DNA of 64,000 bases from Hypanus sabinus (lineage: Eukaryota), in assembly GCF_030144855.1 (NCBI RefSeq), contig NC_082716.1, positions 43,586,001 through 43,650,000 on the forward strand, read 5' to 3'. Shown piece by piece: positions 39,658 through 52,745 of the stretch. Position numbers and translations under genes: made by a program. The notes beneath the pieces were generated by a model that was given only the letters and a program-made list of their open reading frames with translations, did no database searches and was not told the DNA's origin. Positions within the stretch are counted from its first letter, which is position 1. Each line of letters opens with the position of its first letter.

Positions 39658-41529
39658 CCATAAGACCAGAAGGCATAAGAGCAGAATTAGGCTATTTGGC
39701 CTATCGAGTCTGCTCTGCCATTCAATGATGGCTGATCCTTTTCCCCCCTCTCGGTCCCACTCCCAGACCACGTTCCTATAACCTTTGATGCCATATCCAA
39801 TCAAGAACCTATCAAGCTGTGCCTTAAATACACCCAATGATCTGGCCTCCACAACTGCCTGTGGTAATAAATTCCACAAATTCACCACCTTCTGGCTAAA
39901 GAAATTTCTCCACATTTTTGTTTTAAATAGATGCCCCTCTATCCTGAGGCTGTGCCCTCTTGTCCTGGACTCCCCCACTGTGGAAAATATCCTGTCCACA
40001 TCTACTCTGTCTAGGCCTTTCAACATTTGAAAAGTTTCAACGAGATCCCAACTCATCCTTCTGAATTCCAGCGAGTACAGACCCAGAGCTCTGGTTCTGG
40101 GTCTGTACTCATAATGTTCCTCATAATGATAACCCTTTCATTCCCAAATCTGAATCCTTTGCAATGCTAGCATATCTTTTCTTAGATGAGGAGCCCAAAA
40201 CTATTCACATTACTCAAGGTGACGCCTCACCGGTGCTTTATAAAGTCTAAGCATCATATCCTTGCTCTTGTATTCTAGTTCTCTTGACATGAATGCCAAC
40301 ATTGCATTTGCCTTCCTCATCACCAACTCTAGCTGCAAGTTAACCTTTAGAATGTTCTGCACAAGGACTCCCATGTCCCTTTGCATCTCAGATTTTTGGA
40401 TTTTCTCCCCATTTAGCAAGTAGTCTGCATATTTATTTCTACTATGAAAGTGCATGACCATGCATTTTCCAACCTTGTGTAACCCTCAGGCTCGGCCAGC
40501 ACGTGTTCATCTAGGGGAAAACAACTCCTGCTCCACCAAACTGAGAAGTCTTGTTTGTATGGATGCTGTGTGATGTGTTGCCTGGTTACAAGCCCGCAAT
40601 GCAAAATACCAGACAGTATACCATATGCAGTTAAATGATTGAATTTTATAAATCTTAATTTGGATAGAGGGTTAGTAAAGAAAATAAAAAGTAAAAGGGC
40701 CCATTTTAAGAAAAAGTCTATTGTGCCTCATTGGAGCTCACTGATCGTTCATTTGTTCCCGTCGACCTCCAAGTGTAGCCGGCCCTTGGACCCTCGCTCC
40801 TCAGTCCACTCTGTCCAGTGGTCTTCCGACTCTCTCCATCACTGCCCCACGAAAGACATGAAAAACCCAGCTCCCAGACCACAAGAAAGAACGTTTCTCC
40901 CATTGGATAACATAAAGTCCTGTTATCCCTCGCCATAACCCAAACATTGCTGCTACTGAGAAACCATTACATAGAAGCCATTACATTAGTCTTAGCAGTG
41001 AAACCTTACAGCGTGTTACATTTATATTTCATTTGCCACTTCCTTGCCCATTCTCCTAATCTGTCTAAATCCTTCTGCAGCCTACCTGCTTCCTCAACAC
41101 TACCTGCCCCCCCACCAATCTTCATATCACCTGCAAACTTGGTAAAAAAAAAAGTCATCTATTCTATCATCTAAATCATTGATATACAGCATAAAAAGAA
41201 GTGGTCCCAATACCGACCCCTGCGGACCACCACTAGTCACTGATAGCCAACCAGAAAAGGATCTTTTTATTCCCACTCGCTGTCTCCTACCAATCAGCCA
41301 ATGTCCTAACCATGCCAGTAACTTCCGGGTAATACCATGAGCTCTTAACTTGTTAAGCAGCCTCATGTGTGGCACCTTGTCAAAGGCCTTCTAAAAGTCC
41401 AAATATACAGTATCCACCGCATCCCCTTTATCTATCCTACTTGTAATCACCTGAAAGAATTCCAGTAGTTTCTTCAGGCAGGATTTTCCCTGAAGGAAAC
41501 CATGCTGACTTGGTACTATCTTGTCCTGT
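39658..41529 (-). mobile_element. CR1-like LINE nested in opposite orientation
   Basis: PHMRLLNKL, PQGSVLGPLLF, NFFSQKVVNLWN. Confidence 0.85.
40478..41020. mobile_element. Probable solo LTR (543 bp)
   Basis: Starts TGTAAC and ends GTTACA; CR1 is continuous across it; TSD not cleanly preserved. Confidence 0.65.
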
Positions 41530-44131
41530 AAGATACATTCCAAAGTGGAGGAAGCATTCTAAGGGAAAAATGACACATCCATGGCTCACAAGACGAGTCA
41601 AAGCCAACATAAAAGCCAAAGAGACGGTATATGATAGAGAGCAAAAATTAGAGGGAAGTTAGAGGATTGGGAAGCTTTTAAAAACCAACAGAGGGCAACT
41701 AAAAAGGCTATTAAGAAGGTAAAGATGGAATATGAAAGTAAGCTAGCCAGTAATATTAAAGAGGATGCCAAAAGTTTAATCAGAAACATAAAGTGTAAAA
41801 GAGAGGCGAGAGTAAATACTGGACTGCTGGAAAATGATGAGGTAGTAATGGGGGACAATGAAATAGCAGACGAACTGACAAAGTATTTTGCATCAGTTTT
41901 CACTGTGGAAGACACTAGCTGTATGGTGGAAGTTTCAGGTGTCAGGGGGCATGAAGACTGTGAAGTTATCAGAACTTGAGAGAAGGCCCTTAGGAAGCTG
42001 AAAGGTCTGAAGGTAGATAGGTCACCTGGACCAGATGGTGCACACCTCAGGGTTCTGAAAGAAGTGGCTGAAGAGATTGTGGTGGTATTAGTAATGATCT
42101 TTCCAGAATCACTAGATACTGGAATGGTTCCTGAAGACTGGAAAATTGCAAATGTCACTCCACTCTTCAAGAACAGAGAGAGGCAGAAGAAAGGAAACTA
42201 TAGGCCAATTAGTCTGACCTCAGTGGTTGGGAAGATGTTGGAGTTGATTGTTAAAATGAGGTCTCAGGTTACCTGGAGGCACATGATAAGATAGACTGTA
42301 GTCAGCATGGTTTCCTCAAGGGAAAATTTTGTCTGACAAATCTGTTGAAATTATTTGAAGAAAAAACAAGCAGGATAAACAAAGAGGGATTGGTTCATAT
42401 TGTGTACTTGGATTTTCAGAAGGCCTTTGAGAAGGTGCCGTACATGAGGTTACTTAACAAAAGCCTGTGGTATTACAGGGAAGATTCTAGCATGGATAAT
42501 GCAGTGGCTGATTGGCAGGAGGCAAAGAGTGGGAACAAAGGGAACCTTTTCTGGCTGGCTGCCAGTGACTAGTGGTGTTCCATAGGGGTCTGTGTTGGGA
42601 CCGATTCTTTTTATGTTATATGTCAATGATTAGGATGATGAAATTGATGGCTTTGTTACAAAGTTTGCAGACAATACAAAGATAGGTGGAGGGGCAGGTT
42701 GTTTTGAGGAAGTAGAGAGGCAACAGATGGACTTATTCAGATTAGGAGAATGAGCAAAGAAATAGCAGATGGAATACACTGTTGGGAAGAGTATGGTCAT
42801 GCACTTTGGTAGAAGAAATGAAAGTGTTGACTTTTTTCTCAATGGAGAGAAAATACAAGAAACTAAGGTGCAAAGGGACTTGGGAGTCCTTGTGCAGGAT
42901 TCCCTAAAGGTTAATTTGCAGGATGTTCTGGTGAGGAAGGCAAATGCAATGTTAGCATTCATTTTGAGCAGACTAAAATATAAAAGCAAGGAGACTTTAT
43001 AAAACACTGGTGTCCTCACTTGGAGCATTGTGAGCAGCTTTGGGCCTTTTATCTGAGAAAGGATGTGCTGAAACTAGAGAGGGTTCAAATGTGGTCAGGA
43101 AAATGATTCCAGGATTGAATGACTTGTCACGTGAAGAGCGTTTGATGGCTCTGAATTCACTGGAATTCAGAAGAATGAGGGATGACCTCATTGAAACCTA
43201 TTGAATGGTGAAAGGCTTTGATAGAGTGGATGTGGAGAGGATGTTTCTTATGGTGGGAGAGTCTAAGACCAGAGGACCCAGTTTCAGAATAGAGGGGTGT
43301 CCTTTTAGAATGGAGATGAGGAGGAATTTCTTTAGTCAGAGACTGGTGAATCTGTGGAATTCTTTGGCATACGTGGCTGTGGAGGCCAAGTCTTATATTT
43401 AAGGCAGAGGTTGATAAATTCTTGATTGGTCAGGGAATGAAGGGATACAGGGAGAAGGCAGAATTTTGGGTCTGAGAGGAAAATTGGGTCAGCCATGATG
43501 AAATGGTGGAGCAGACTGAATAGACCAGTGGCCTAATTCTGCTCCTTTATCTTATGATTTTATGGTTACTCACGTTACCTGTAAATGTGCCATCACCACA
43601 TCTCTTTCGCCAACAACATCTGACTATTCTATCCTTCCAAACAGCCACCACATTTCCATCTTTCCTTCACCAAAGTTATTGAATTTGCTGTTATTTTTCA
43701 AATCAATTATTATCTTCCACCGAACTCCATATGTGAACTCTTCCAATCTTTTTAATTACTATCATAACAGCAAATCAACATTAAGCACCTTGTTTTTGAG
43801 AGAGTCATGTTTAATAACATCACCTTGCTTTTCTTTATTTGCAATGAAGAAATCTTCACTAATTTTGATGCATATTTTTAAATATTAACTGGTTGCTAAA
43901 TGATCCATAAACTGTGCTGTTAAGTCAAATATGTCTGTAACATTATGCACATTACAAATGTCTATGGTACTCTTACATAAAGGGTTTTGAATAAATATAG
44001 CTTAATAAATTAATTACCTCTGTAAATGCATAGTTTAAAAATCAACCAAATAAAATTAACTTAAGTTTATTTTGTGAATAAGGTGGGGTCTAATTTCTAC
44101 TGGAAAACAAACCTTATTTGTTTTTACACAG

Positions 44132-44190
44132 GTGTGTCTGTACATGACCTTGATGCATTTGTAAAGTTTGAATTTCAGTATCCTAGTACA
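44132..44190 (+). CDS. CC2D1B: CC2D1B exon (C2): VSVHDLDAFVKFEFQYPST
   Basis: tacacag acceptor, ACA|gtaagt donor. Confidence 0.94.
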
Positions 44191-44417
44191 GTAAGTAACC
44201 TCATTTATGAAATATAGACATAATCTTATAGTTGCATTTTTCCTATATAGAATTACATACAAGCAAATAGTTTAAACAATTTGGGTATTTATCACCATGT
44301 ATTTGTGAATGTTTAAAATTTTACCTGTTAATCTTTCATTGAATTATTATTAGCAACGTAATTATATAAACAACAAATTATAGATTAACTATAAAATACA
44401 ACATTTTTTTAAACTAG

Positions 44418-44469
44418 GAGCAAGCTCAACGAAACAAAACTTCTGTAATAAGGAATACTAATTGTCCAG
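44418..44469 (+). CDS. CC2D1B: CC2D1B exon (C2): EQAQRNKTSVIRNTNCP(E)
   Basis: aactag acceptor, CAG|gtatgg donor. Confidence 0.93.
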
Positions 44470-45499
44470 GTATGGAATGGGTAAATTTTCTCAGTTTTTG
44501 GGAAGTTGCTGTCTGTTCATGTCAGTTTTGATTAAATATATTAAATTTCTTAATTTGAATGTGTAGCATGGGAGAAAAGTATCTTTATAAGGCTAAAATG
44601 CAACCACTAATTTCCTCTATTTATAACCAACTAAATTTGAATTTTCTTTTGAATATATTGTGCATAGTTTAATTATTAATCGATCAGATTGAAATTTTAA
44701 CAATTCAATCTGATTAGATTGCGCATGTAAAGTATGTTCTGTTGATAACCTCCCTTTAGCTGATATTTCTTGGCAGTTCTTGCCCAATATTGCTGTCAGT
44801 TTTGTAAGATACTTACTGAAGAAAAATCTAAAATTCACAGTGAAAATACACTATTTTGCCAACTTTTTTCCTGTTGCTTTCAGTAATAAGAACTTGCATA
44901 GGAAAAAGATAATGCCATAGGTTTCTTTAGTGCATTCTGAAACTGTGACAGGCCTGCACTTTACCACTCTATTTTATATCCACAAACTTCTGAACACACT
45001 GCCCTTGGTTTTGAATGTCTTCAAAGATGGAATAAGTATGGGTAGTAATCTAGTGAAGAGAGTTGTAAAGAATCACTACCATATGGTTGAAGAAATATCT
45101 CCCTATCTCATTGTCAAATGCCACATTGCTGATTTTGTGACCTCAGGATGTACCAGATTCAGTACGATTTGTGTGTCTAAATCTGAATACCTTTAAGTTC
45201 CTAACTCTGGGGAACAGGTCTATTCAATGAAGTTTCATTGATTAGCCCTGGCATCCTTGGACTTGGTCTAGTACATCTTTGAATAAGTACAAGAAACTAT
45301 AACCACAAGTTTCACAAAGGGTGTATATATTTGCAACAAGATTCCCTTACTCTTTTGTTCCAACTGCCTTGCAAAAGTGATCTTCAGTAATTTGTGTGAA
45401 AAAAATTCTTTTCTTCCACTCCTAAAGGCTCATTTAATATTACTCCACCCTGCCTCTTTGAGCTTCCTGGATTAGTTTCTTAACCTTTAGTCGGGCCAG

Positions 45500-46016
45500 C
45501 CTCTCCTTATGGCTGATATTTTTTATCCAGGCAACATCTGGAGAGGATGAAAGAGGATTGAGCCCCTCTTTAAAGCCTCCACATCTTTCCTGTAATGTGG
45601 CAACCAGAACTGCACACAGTGCTCCAAATGTAACTTAACCGATGTTTTATGAACTTGCAGCATGACTTCCCAATTTTACTCGGTGCCTGACCAATGAAAG
45701 CAAGTTGGCTGTGTGCACTTTCTTTACCACCCTATCTACTTGCGTGCCTCTTTCACGTAGCTATTGACTTGCACCCCAACATTCCACAGTTCATTAATGC
45801 CCCCAAGGATCCTTCTGCATGCTGTATGTGTTCCCCTTACCCGTGACCTCCCAAAGTGTAATACCTCACACTTTATCCGATTAATCTCCTTCTACCATTT
45901 GTCTACCCATATTTGCAACTGATCTATACCCTTTGGATAACTTCACTATTTACAATCTTGTTCATTTTCGTCATCTGTAAAATTTACTGATCAGCCCAGA
46001 TATATTTTTATCAAAT
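45500..46016 (-). mobile_element. Old CR1-like fragment
   Basis: caaccagaactgcacacagtgctccaaatg, gtcatctgtaaaattt. Confidence 0.6.
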
Positions 46017-46565
46017 TGGTGGTGGTTGGCATCCATTTGTCTCGAAGAATAATGGGTGATGATCATCATCACAAGCCTGGGCGGAAGGAATGGAGATGCT
46101 CAGTTATCTGGATTCCCCCTCTCCAGTGTAGTCTTGGCTGCTGAGCTGCTGGAAGGATGTTCAATGACGTCCAGCCACCTTTGGGGCTCCACTCTGGATT
46201 TGCTGTTTGGGTTTACTCCCATAGCCTTTGTCTCTCCCGAGGCTGCCCACATGGCTATCAGGGAATTTACCCATAGTTGGGCATCAGGGCGTGTTCACAC
46301 ACCAGTGGGTCTGTGTGTTATGTGTGCTGAGGCCAGACCTCCTCCCCATCCTCTGTAGTTCAGCCTGAGTCCAAAAGGAGTTCAGTTTCCGTGTGTTGCC
46401 AGCGAGGAGGCACTACATGAGGCTTGCTGTTGGAGAGGCTATGTACTGGCAGGGAGCCCTTTTCGCAAGACTGCTAGCCGGCGATCAAAGCTGAAAGTGA
46501 GAGTGACAAGCACTACCCACTACACGATCACACTGGATGTGTCACAACCACCATTTTAACACCAC
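46017..46565 (-). mobile_element. Non-autonomous, probably RTE-derived bipartite element
   Basis: GC-richer block inserted in CR1; (TGG)n end plus catccatttgtctcgaaga resembles the RTE 3' end at 63796-63830. Confidence 0.45.
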
Positions 46566-47254
46566 ATCTAAATTACATACATCACAAACTTAGTTATCAG
46601 CACCGATCCCTAGAAAATGATAAAGACTGAAAATGAAAATGGAAAAAATGAGGTGGTTCTCTTTGGAATCGAGAAGTGAGGGGTGGTGTTCAAAATGTAA
46701 AATCTTCTCATCTGGAATCACTGACTGAAAGAATGATGGAATTTGCTTCAGGAATAACATTCCAGAGAATAGCTCAAAGGAATAAAATTACTTAAGTCAA
46801 TTAGCCAATTTATTAAAAAGGGAAATGGAGGTAATTGGATAGAACTGTCATAGACCCAAATTGGATTAAATTTACTTTTAGGAGTTATTTGATAGACTCC
46901 TTCACATGATCATGAAACTGAAAACAAATTATTGAATTGGCTGAATAATTAGACAAACTATGTAGATAATAGACCATCTGTTGATATTGGCAGATTGTGA
47001 TAAGTTGTGTTCCAAAAGGGTGTGTATTGGGAAGCGATATTCAGTTTATTTGTAAATAATAGTGTTGCAAAGAAAGCCTCAATTTAGTTTGCTGATGACT
47101 AAAAAGGGGGTAGTATTGATGGAGCTATTAAATGTAATATTTGAGGACATGTAGATTTCACCCAGACAGCACCCTAGGAACTGAGGGGTAGCAATACTTA
47201 CTGCCACACCCCCTGTGCCATCCATTAGATATGTGACACAGAAGAAAGATATTG

Positions 47255-47795
47255 GTCAGGCTATATTTGGAGTATTATGAGCAGTTTTGGACACTTACCT
47301 AAGAAAGGATCTGTTGGCATGGATAGAGTCCAGAAGGAGTTCATGGCAATGGTCCTCAGGTTAATGTATGAGGAGCATTTGATGGCTCTGGGTCTGTACT
47401 CACTGGAATTTAGAAGAATGAAGGGGTCTCTTTGAAACGTACCAAATATTGAAAATCCTAGATGAAATGAACATGGAGAGCATGTTTCCAATAATCAGAA
47501 AGTCTAGGACTGGAGGGCACAGCCTCAAAATATAAGGACATCCCTTTAGAACAGAGATACAGAGGAATTTCTTTAGCCAGATGGTAGTGAATCTGTGGAA
47601 TTAATTGCTACAGATAGTTGGGTTGTGGAAGCCAAGTCATTGTTTTCTTAAAGCGGATATTGATAGGTTTTGATTAGTAGGTGTGTCAAAGGTTATGGGG
47701 AGAATGGGGTTGCGGGGTAGGGGAGGAAATCTAACAGCAGAATACTCTTATCAGCCAAATAGTCTACTCTGCTCTTTTGTCCTATGGTCTCATGT
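47255..47795 (+). mobile_element. CR1-like 3' part
   Basis: ggctctgggtctgtactcactggaatttagaagaatga, aatctgtggaatt. Confidence 0.75.
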
Positions 47796-48664
47796 TTTTA
47801 ATAAGCAAATGGATAAAATTCTGGCAAACTAATTTCCATTCAGATGAATGTCAATTCATTCACATTAGACTCGAATCATGGAGCCAGATAGCACAGATAC
47901 AGGCTCTTCACCTCAGAGTCCATGTCAACCACAGTGCCCAGCCAGCTTTACTCAAATTCCTGCATTCAGCCCATAAGTGCTGGGCCTCCATGTCCACATC
48001 CAAGTATTTCTTAAATGATAATTGTACCTGCCTCAACCACTTCCATATCTCATTCCATATAAACACCACCCTCTGGAAACAGTTGCAACTCAAGTCCTTT
48101 TAAGTCTTTCCCCTCTCACCGTAAATCTATGCCTCCAAATATTGGGCTCTATCTACCCTGGTGAAAAATCTGAACATCTACCTCATCCATGCCTGTTTTA
48201 AATAATTCTACAATGTCATCCCTCATTCCTAACATTGTAAACCCATTGTATGTTTCCTTTTTCTTGATCACAGCCTCAATATCTTGCATCACCCAAGCAC
48301 ACCCTTTGCCCTAACAGGATATTATTGTCTCTAAACTTATGATATAACACTCTTAAAAGGCTGCCACTTGCAATTCATTCCTTTCCCTTCAAACACTCTA
48401 TCCTAATAACCGCCTGCTAGATCCTGCCTAATTCCCCCAAAATTAGTCCTGCTTCAATTTAGAATGCTAACCAGCGGATCTGTTTTAAACTTTTCCTTCA
48501 CTGACTGATAAATTATGTTCACAAGTGATTGTGTTGATTTCAGTGTCGTAAAACACCACTCCTGTTGTGATAGCACATCTATCTCAGTTATTTTATACCT
48601 CCCTTTACAGGCTTTTATCGTGTTTCACCTAAAGTGTGTTCTGTGTCTGTTATTTCTCTTCCAG

Positions 48665-48764
48665 AGTATAATGAGAGTTTTACACTGAATATTAACAGAA
48701 ATCATCGTGGATTTAAACGAATAATTCAGACAAAAGGAATTAAATTTGAAGTATTTCATAAGGG
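48665..48764 (+). CDS. CC2D1B: CC2D1B exon (C2): YNESFTLNINRNHRGFKRIIQTKGIKFEVFHK(G)
   Basis: ttccag acceptor, GG|gtaagg donor; LNINRNHRGFKR motif. Confidence 0.96.
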
Positions 48765-49014
48765 GTAAGGATCTTAGTATCAGTTTACATATCAGTGCAT
48801 ATGTACAGTATTTGTTCCTATTTACCTTATATAAATTCCTGATTATTTTCTTCCTCAAAAGTACTGTTTAATGTTTATTCTTTCTTTTGGTTCACTGCTG
48901 ATCCTATTCTGGTTACAGTTCTGGATTTCAGCATATCAACATGGGACAGGAGTTGCTATGTTTTGCAAGGTTGATTTTCTCATACAGCATTTATTGCTCT
49001 GGTTTGTTTTACAG

Positions 49015-49105
49015 TGGATTTTTCAGGAGTGATAAACCCGTTGGAACTGCACAGCTAAAACTGGACAAGCTAGAAACTGAATGTGAGGTCAGAGAAATTG
49101 TGGAG
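49015..49105 (+). CDS. CC2D1B: CC2D1B exon (C2): GFFRSDKPVGTAQLKLDKLETECEVREIVE
   Basis: ttacag acceptor, GAG|gtagag donor. Confidence 0.94.
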
Positions 49106-50419
49106 GTAGAGTACTATATCATTTTATCCCAAAATAACTGCCTCTTTAAACAGTTGCATCTATGTAATGGAACTATTTTCATAGTGTCATTAGATAGAAA
49201 ATTCCAGGAACTTGACCTAGCATTGTTGTGGAAATGGCAGTGTATTTCTTACTCACTATAATGAGTTCCCTTGGTAATGAAGTTGCAGTTGGTGGCATTT
49301 CCATGTGTGTCTTGTTCTGGTCTTGCAGGGAGGTAGTGTTTGAATAAGCTTTAGCAAATACCAGTACAGTAAGCAAATCCTGTCATACTGTATTAGTAAT
49401 AGAGGAAATGAACAATAAAGATTGGGAGTTCTGCATTATCCTATGTGTAGAAATGTCTTCTAAGGGTGGTGAATCTCTGGAATTCTCTGCATCTGACAGT
49501 GCTGGAGGCCAGATCATTAGACACATTTAAGATGGAGACACAAGTATTTGAAATATCAAACAATTGAGGTGATTAGTAACTGGGCATTGAAGTTGAAGCC
49601 AGCATTTGATCAGTGAATGGTGGAGCAAGCTTGTGAGGGCCACAGTGTCCTACTCCTGCTCCTATTTTCTTGTGTTCTTGAATGCTCTGTATCGACTTAG
49701 GTAATTCCAGAATTCATATTTTGCTTGATATTGAAGTAGAAGTGTAATGAGGTTGCAAGTAGTTGGATTCTCTTGCTAAGGTATTCATTAACCTGCCACA
49801 ATTCACAGGTGTTTGAATCAAAAAATAAACTGCTGGAGAAACTTGGTATGTGGTGCAACATGTGTAGAGGCATAGAGATGGTTGATGTTTCTGATTATGA
49901 CATGCATTGCTGCTTGCAGGCAAATAATGTTTCACTTTTGAGGATTTGTCAATGGAATTGAACATTGTGCTTTAGGCATTACACATGGAAATTCTACATG
50001 AAAATCTAAAATGATTGTTTCCTACCCACAAATATCACAACTAACTTCCTTTATGCGACATATTACTCCAGACAGTGTAAGGCTTTTTCGTTTATTCCCA
50101 TTGTCCTTAGTTTAACCAAGGCACCTTGGTGTCTCACTTGGTCAGATGCTACCTGATGTCAAAGACAGACGTGCTCATTTTGTCTCAGTTCAGCTCTTCC
50201 CTATTTGGATAAAATTTATAATGAGGTCTGAGCCAGCCAACCATGGCAAAACTCTTGAGTTAAAATGTTAATAGCAAGTGCATTTTTATAGTATCTTTGA
50301 CAACGCAGGTGACCCTCACATTACAGGGAATGCTTTTCTGAAAATCAGTTGGAATTGTATTTACCATGTTATCTGGGTGTGTAAAGAAACATAGATTGAA
50401 AAAGAAAACTATTAAAAAA

Positions 50420-50540
50420 CTCTGCAGTTGCTGGAAATCTAGAGCTACACACACACAATGCTGGAGGGACTCAGCAGGTCAGGCAGCATCTATGAAAATG
50501 AATAACAGTTAATGTTTCAGGCTGAGACCCTTCTGGACTC
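50420..50540 (-). mobile_element. Penelope pLTR-end remnant
   Basis: Minus strand reads GAGTCCAGA-AGGGTCTCAGCCT-GAAAC-ATT-AACTG. Confidence 0.65.
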
Positions 50541-52184
50541 AAAATTTGATTATTCTTTAATTTCATGAGAATTAATTCTATTTTATATCTCAAATTTTTA
50601 GATAGTGATTTATGAATTCTACAAGTGAACTTCCAGAACCTGATTGGCTTGTAAGGATCACCTGTAATTTCCATCACTTGACTGATGATTGGGAGTTAGT
50701 TGCCAGAATAGATTGCTCTTGCTTTTTGTCAGCAGGACCATCTTGGTCAAGTTTCTATATTATTTATTAGTTATCAGTATCATAACTGTAGCAGAATAGC
50801 TTGGCTAGAGAGTGACCAGCTTAGAAGCTCACCTCTTTAGTATTCTAGACAGAATGCAGTTTAAGCCCCTGATCTGTTCTGAATCAAATTATCTAGATGG
50901 CAGGGGTGTTGGGCAGAAAATGTTCACAGGTCATCAGCCTCCACCTTAGGTAGAAGAGAATGGCAGCTTCAAGAAAGAAAAGCCCTTGTTTGTAGTGTTA
51001 ATTGATTTCTAGCTTTTTCTGATTGTATGTAGCTGGATGACAAAGTCATTGCTTTTTCTGTTTAGCTCAGTTACATATTTGTAGTCTTGCATGTCACTGT
51101 GATCATTGTGTACAGGGTATTCCTAAAGGTTTTTAATGTTTTAGCTTGGGCATTTCCCTAATATATGAAAAAGTCTTGAAAGCTGAATCACAGCTTGCAA
51201 AGATCATAGATTTGTCATATTTTGTGTTGGCTGATCCAGATTTGCTGCTGACGACTTCCTATAACCTCTTAGAGAAAAATAATTTCCCTTCCTAATCTCT
51301 TCCAGTGGTGTCTGTTAAATAAGCATTTACTTAGACTAGATTGGATTTGGCCAAAAGCAATAAGCTAAGAAGTCAAATCTAGGGTGCCAATGCTCATAAT
51401 CTGTTAAATGATTATGCAAGTTGCAAATACTATTTCTATTGCAACATGGAAGAGTACAAATCTATATTGCAAGTTCATAAACAATGTATTCTATTGAAAA
51501 CTGAAATTTTTTAAAGCAACTTTTTTTTGATTTGAAGATATTTAAAAATAAATGAAACGTCACCACAATTTTACAGTGTTTTGTAAAACATTATTCATAC
51601 CCAATAAGGAGCTAATATTGTACAAAAATTTGTTCAATTAGAACTAAAATACAAAGCTAGTGTAAAAATTAATTAATATGGGGATCATGAAGACCTGAAA
51701 AATTAATCTATCTTTTAAGATGTCTGAAAATAAAATGAAAACAAATGTAGCAAGTATCAACCAGTGTATAATTTCTAACATTCATTCTAATTGCAAAGGA
51801 ATTCATCGCCATAGGTTTCTTAATTGCAATTATTCTTTCTCATTTTGTTGAGTTTATATTCATAGCAAAGTCTATTTATTGTGGTTGTGCCCTGCTTTTG
51901 TTTTTGCAATTGGTGACTTATTTAATTTGCATGACTTGACTAAGTTTCATTTGGGTGTATTTAGAGCTGGAAAAGCTTTGAGATGCTAATGTTTAAAAAA
52001 ATGCTTTAAAATCTTTTGCCATTATAGGCCTGGGAGCAAAGGATCTGTTTGGAGAGATGCGAGTTAGGCATCCGAAAGCTCACATATTCCCACACAGATT
52101 TTTTACTCCCAGTTGAAGGAAGAGCAGCAAGCCCCTGATGGGCAAAGCACACAGCTCAAGGTTTTCAAGATGCTTTCAACAAGG

Positions 52185-52470
52185 GTAACATCAAAATCAC
52201 CCTGAAAAAATTTAACACTACATCTTTAAGAACTGGGAAGACATTGCACTCAATAGCTGCACCTGGATGAAGTCTGTTCAAGAGGAACCTGCATATATTA
52301 TACCAACCTCCACTGTGCTGCAAAGAACAAGCAGCAGCTGCAAAAGAGGAATGAAGAACTGAAAGACCCAACCCCTGACTTGTGTCCACACTGCACCTGA
52401 ATGTGTGGATCTCAGATCGGCCTTTACAGCTACCCAAAGATCCACCGTTAGACAACCCCTTAGGAGAATA
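52185..52470 (+). mobile_element. Degenerate RTE LINE 3' fragment
   Basis: NIKITLKKF, NWEDIAL, CPHCT*MCGSQIGLYSY (RTE C-terminal Zn finger). Confidence 0.65.
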
Positions 52471-52616
52471 CTTGACTTGTGATTGCACTATGTACATAGG
52501 CTAATTTTAATAACATTTCAGATACTGCTTTAAAAAGTTGTCCTGTTTTATACATTTTGTAGATTCTCTCTATTGAGGTACTTTTCTCTGAAGGTCATTT
52601 GTTGATCTGTCCTTAG

Positions 52617-52745
52617 ATTTTTGATGGCAGGAAATCAACTGGTGGTCGGTTGGAATTGAAAGTTAGAATCAGAGAACCTCTCCAGGGTCAAGATATGCAA
52701 ACTACAACAGAAAAGTGGCTGATTCTGGACCCAATCGCGCGGTGA
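52617..52745 (+). CDS. CC2D1B: CC2D1B last coding exon: IFDGRKSTGGRLELKVRIREPLQGQDMQTTTEKWLILDPIAR*
   Basis: ccttag acceptor; DGRK.TGG.LE.KVR.REPL motif; TGA at 52743-52745. Confidence 0.93.
   Translation: MFDGRKSTGGRLELKVRIREPLQGQDMQTTTEKWLILDPIAR

Larger units (their letters stand above)
39495..43565 (+). mobile_element. CR1-like LINE (host), interrupted at 39658-41529
   Basis: PEDWKIANVTPLFK, NYRPISLTSVVGKMLE; host aggcacaggata resumes agatacattccaaag. Confidence 0.85.
9524..52745 (+). other. CC2D1B: CC2D1B gene body, 3' part (14 coding exons in window; 5' exons lie upstream)
   Basis: Exons splice in compatible phases into one ORF (1484 nt) resembling vertebrate CC2D1B: DM14 repeats, C2 domain, ending shortly after C2 (unlike CC2D1A). 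The neighbour is ZFYVE9, as in human. Confidence 0.95.

Noticed and set aside
50790-50960. Possible old SINE or ncRNA
   Set aside because: Too degenerate to assign without a search
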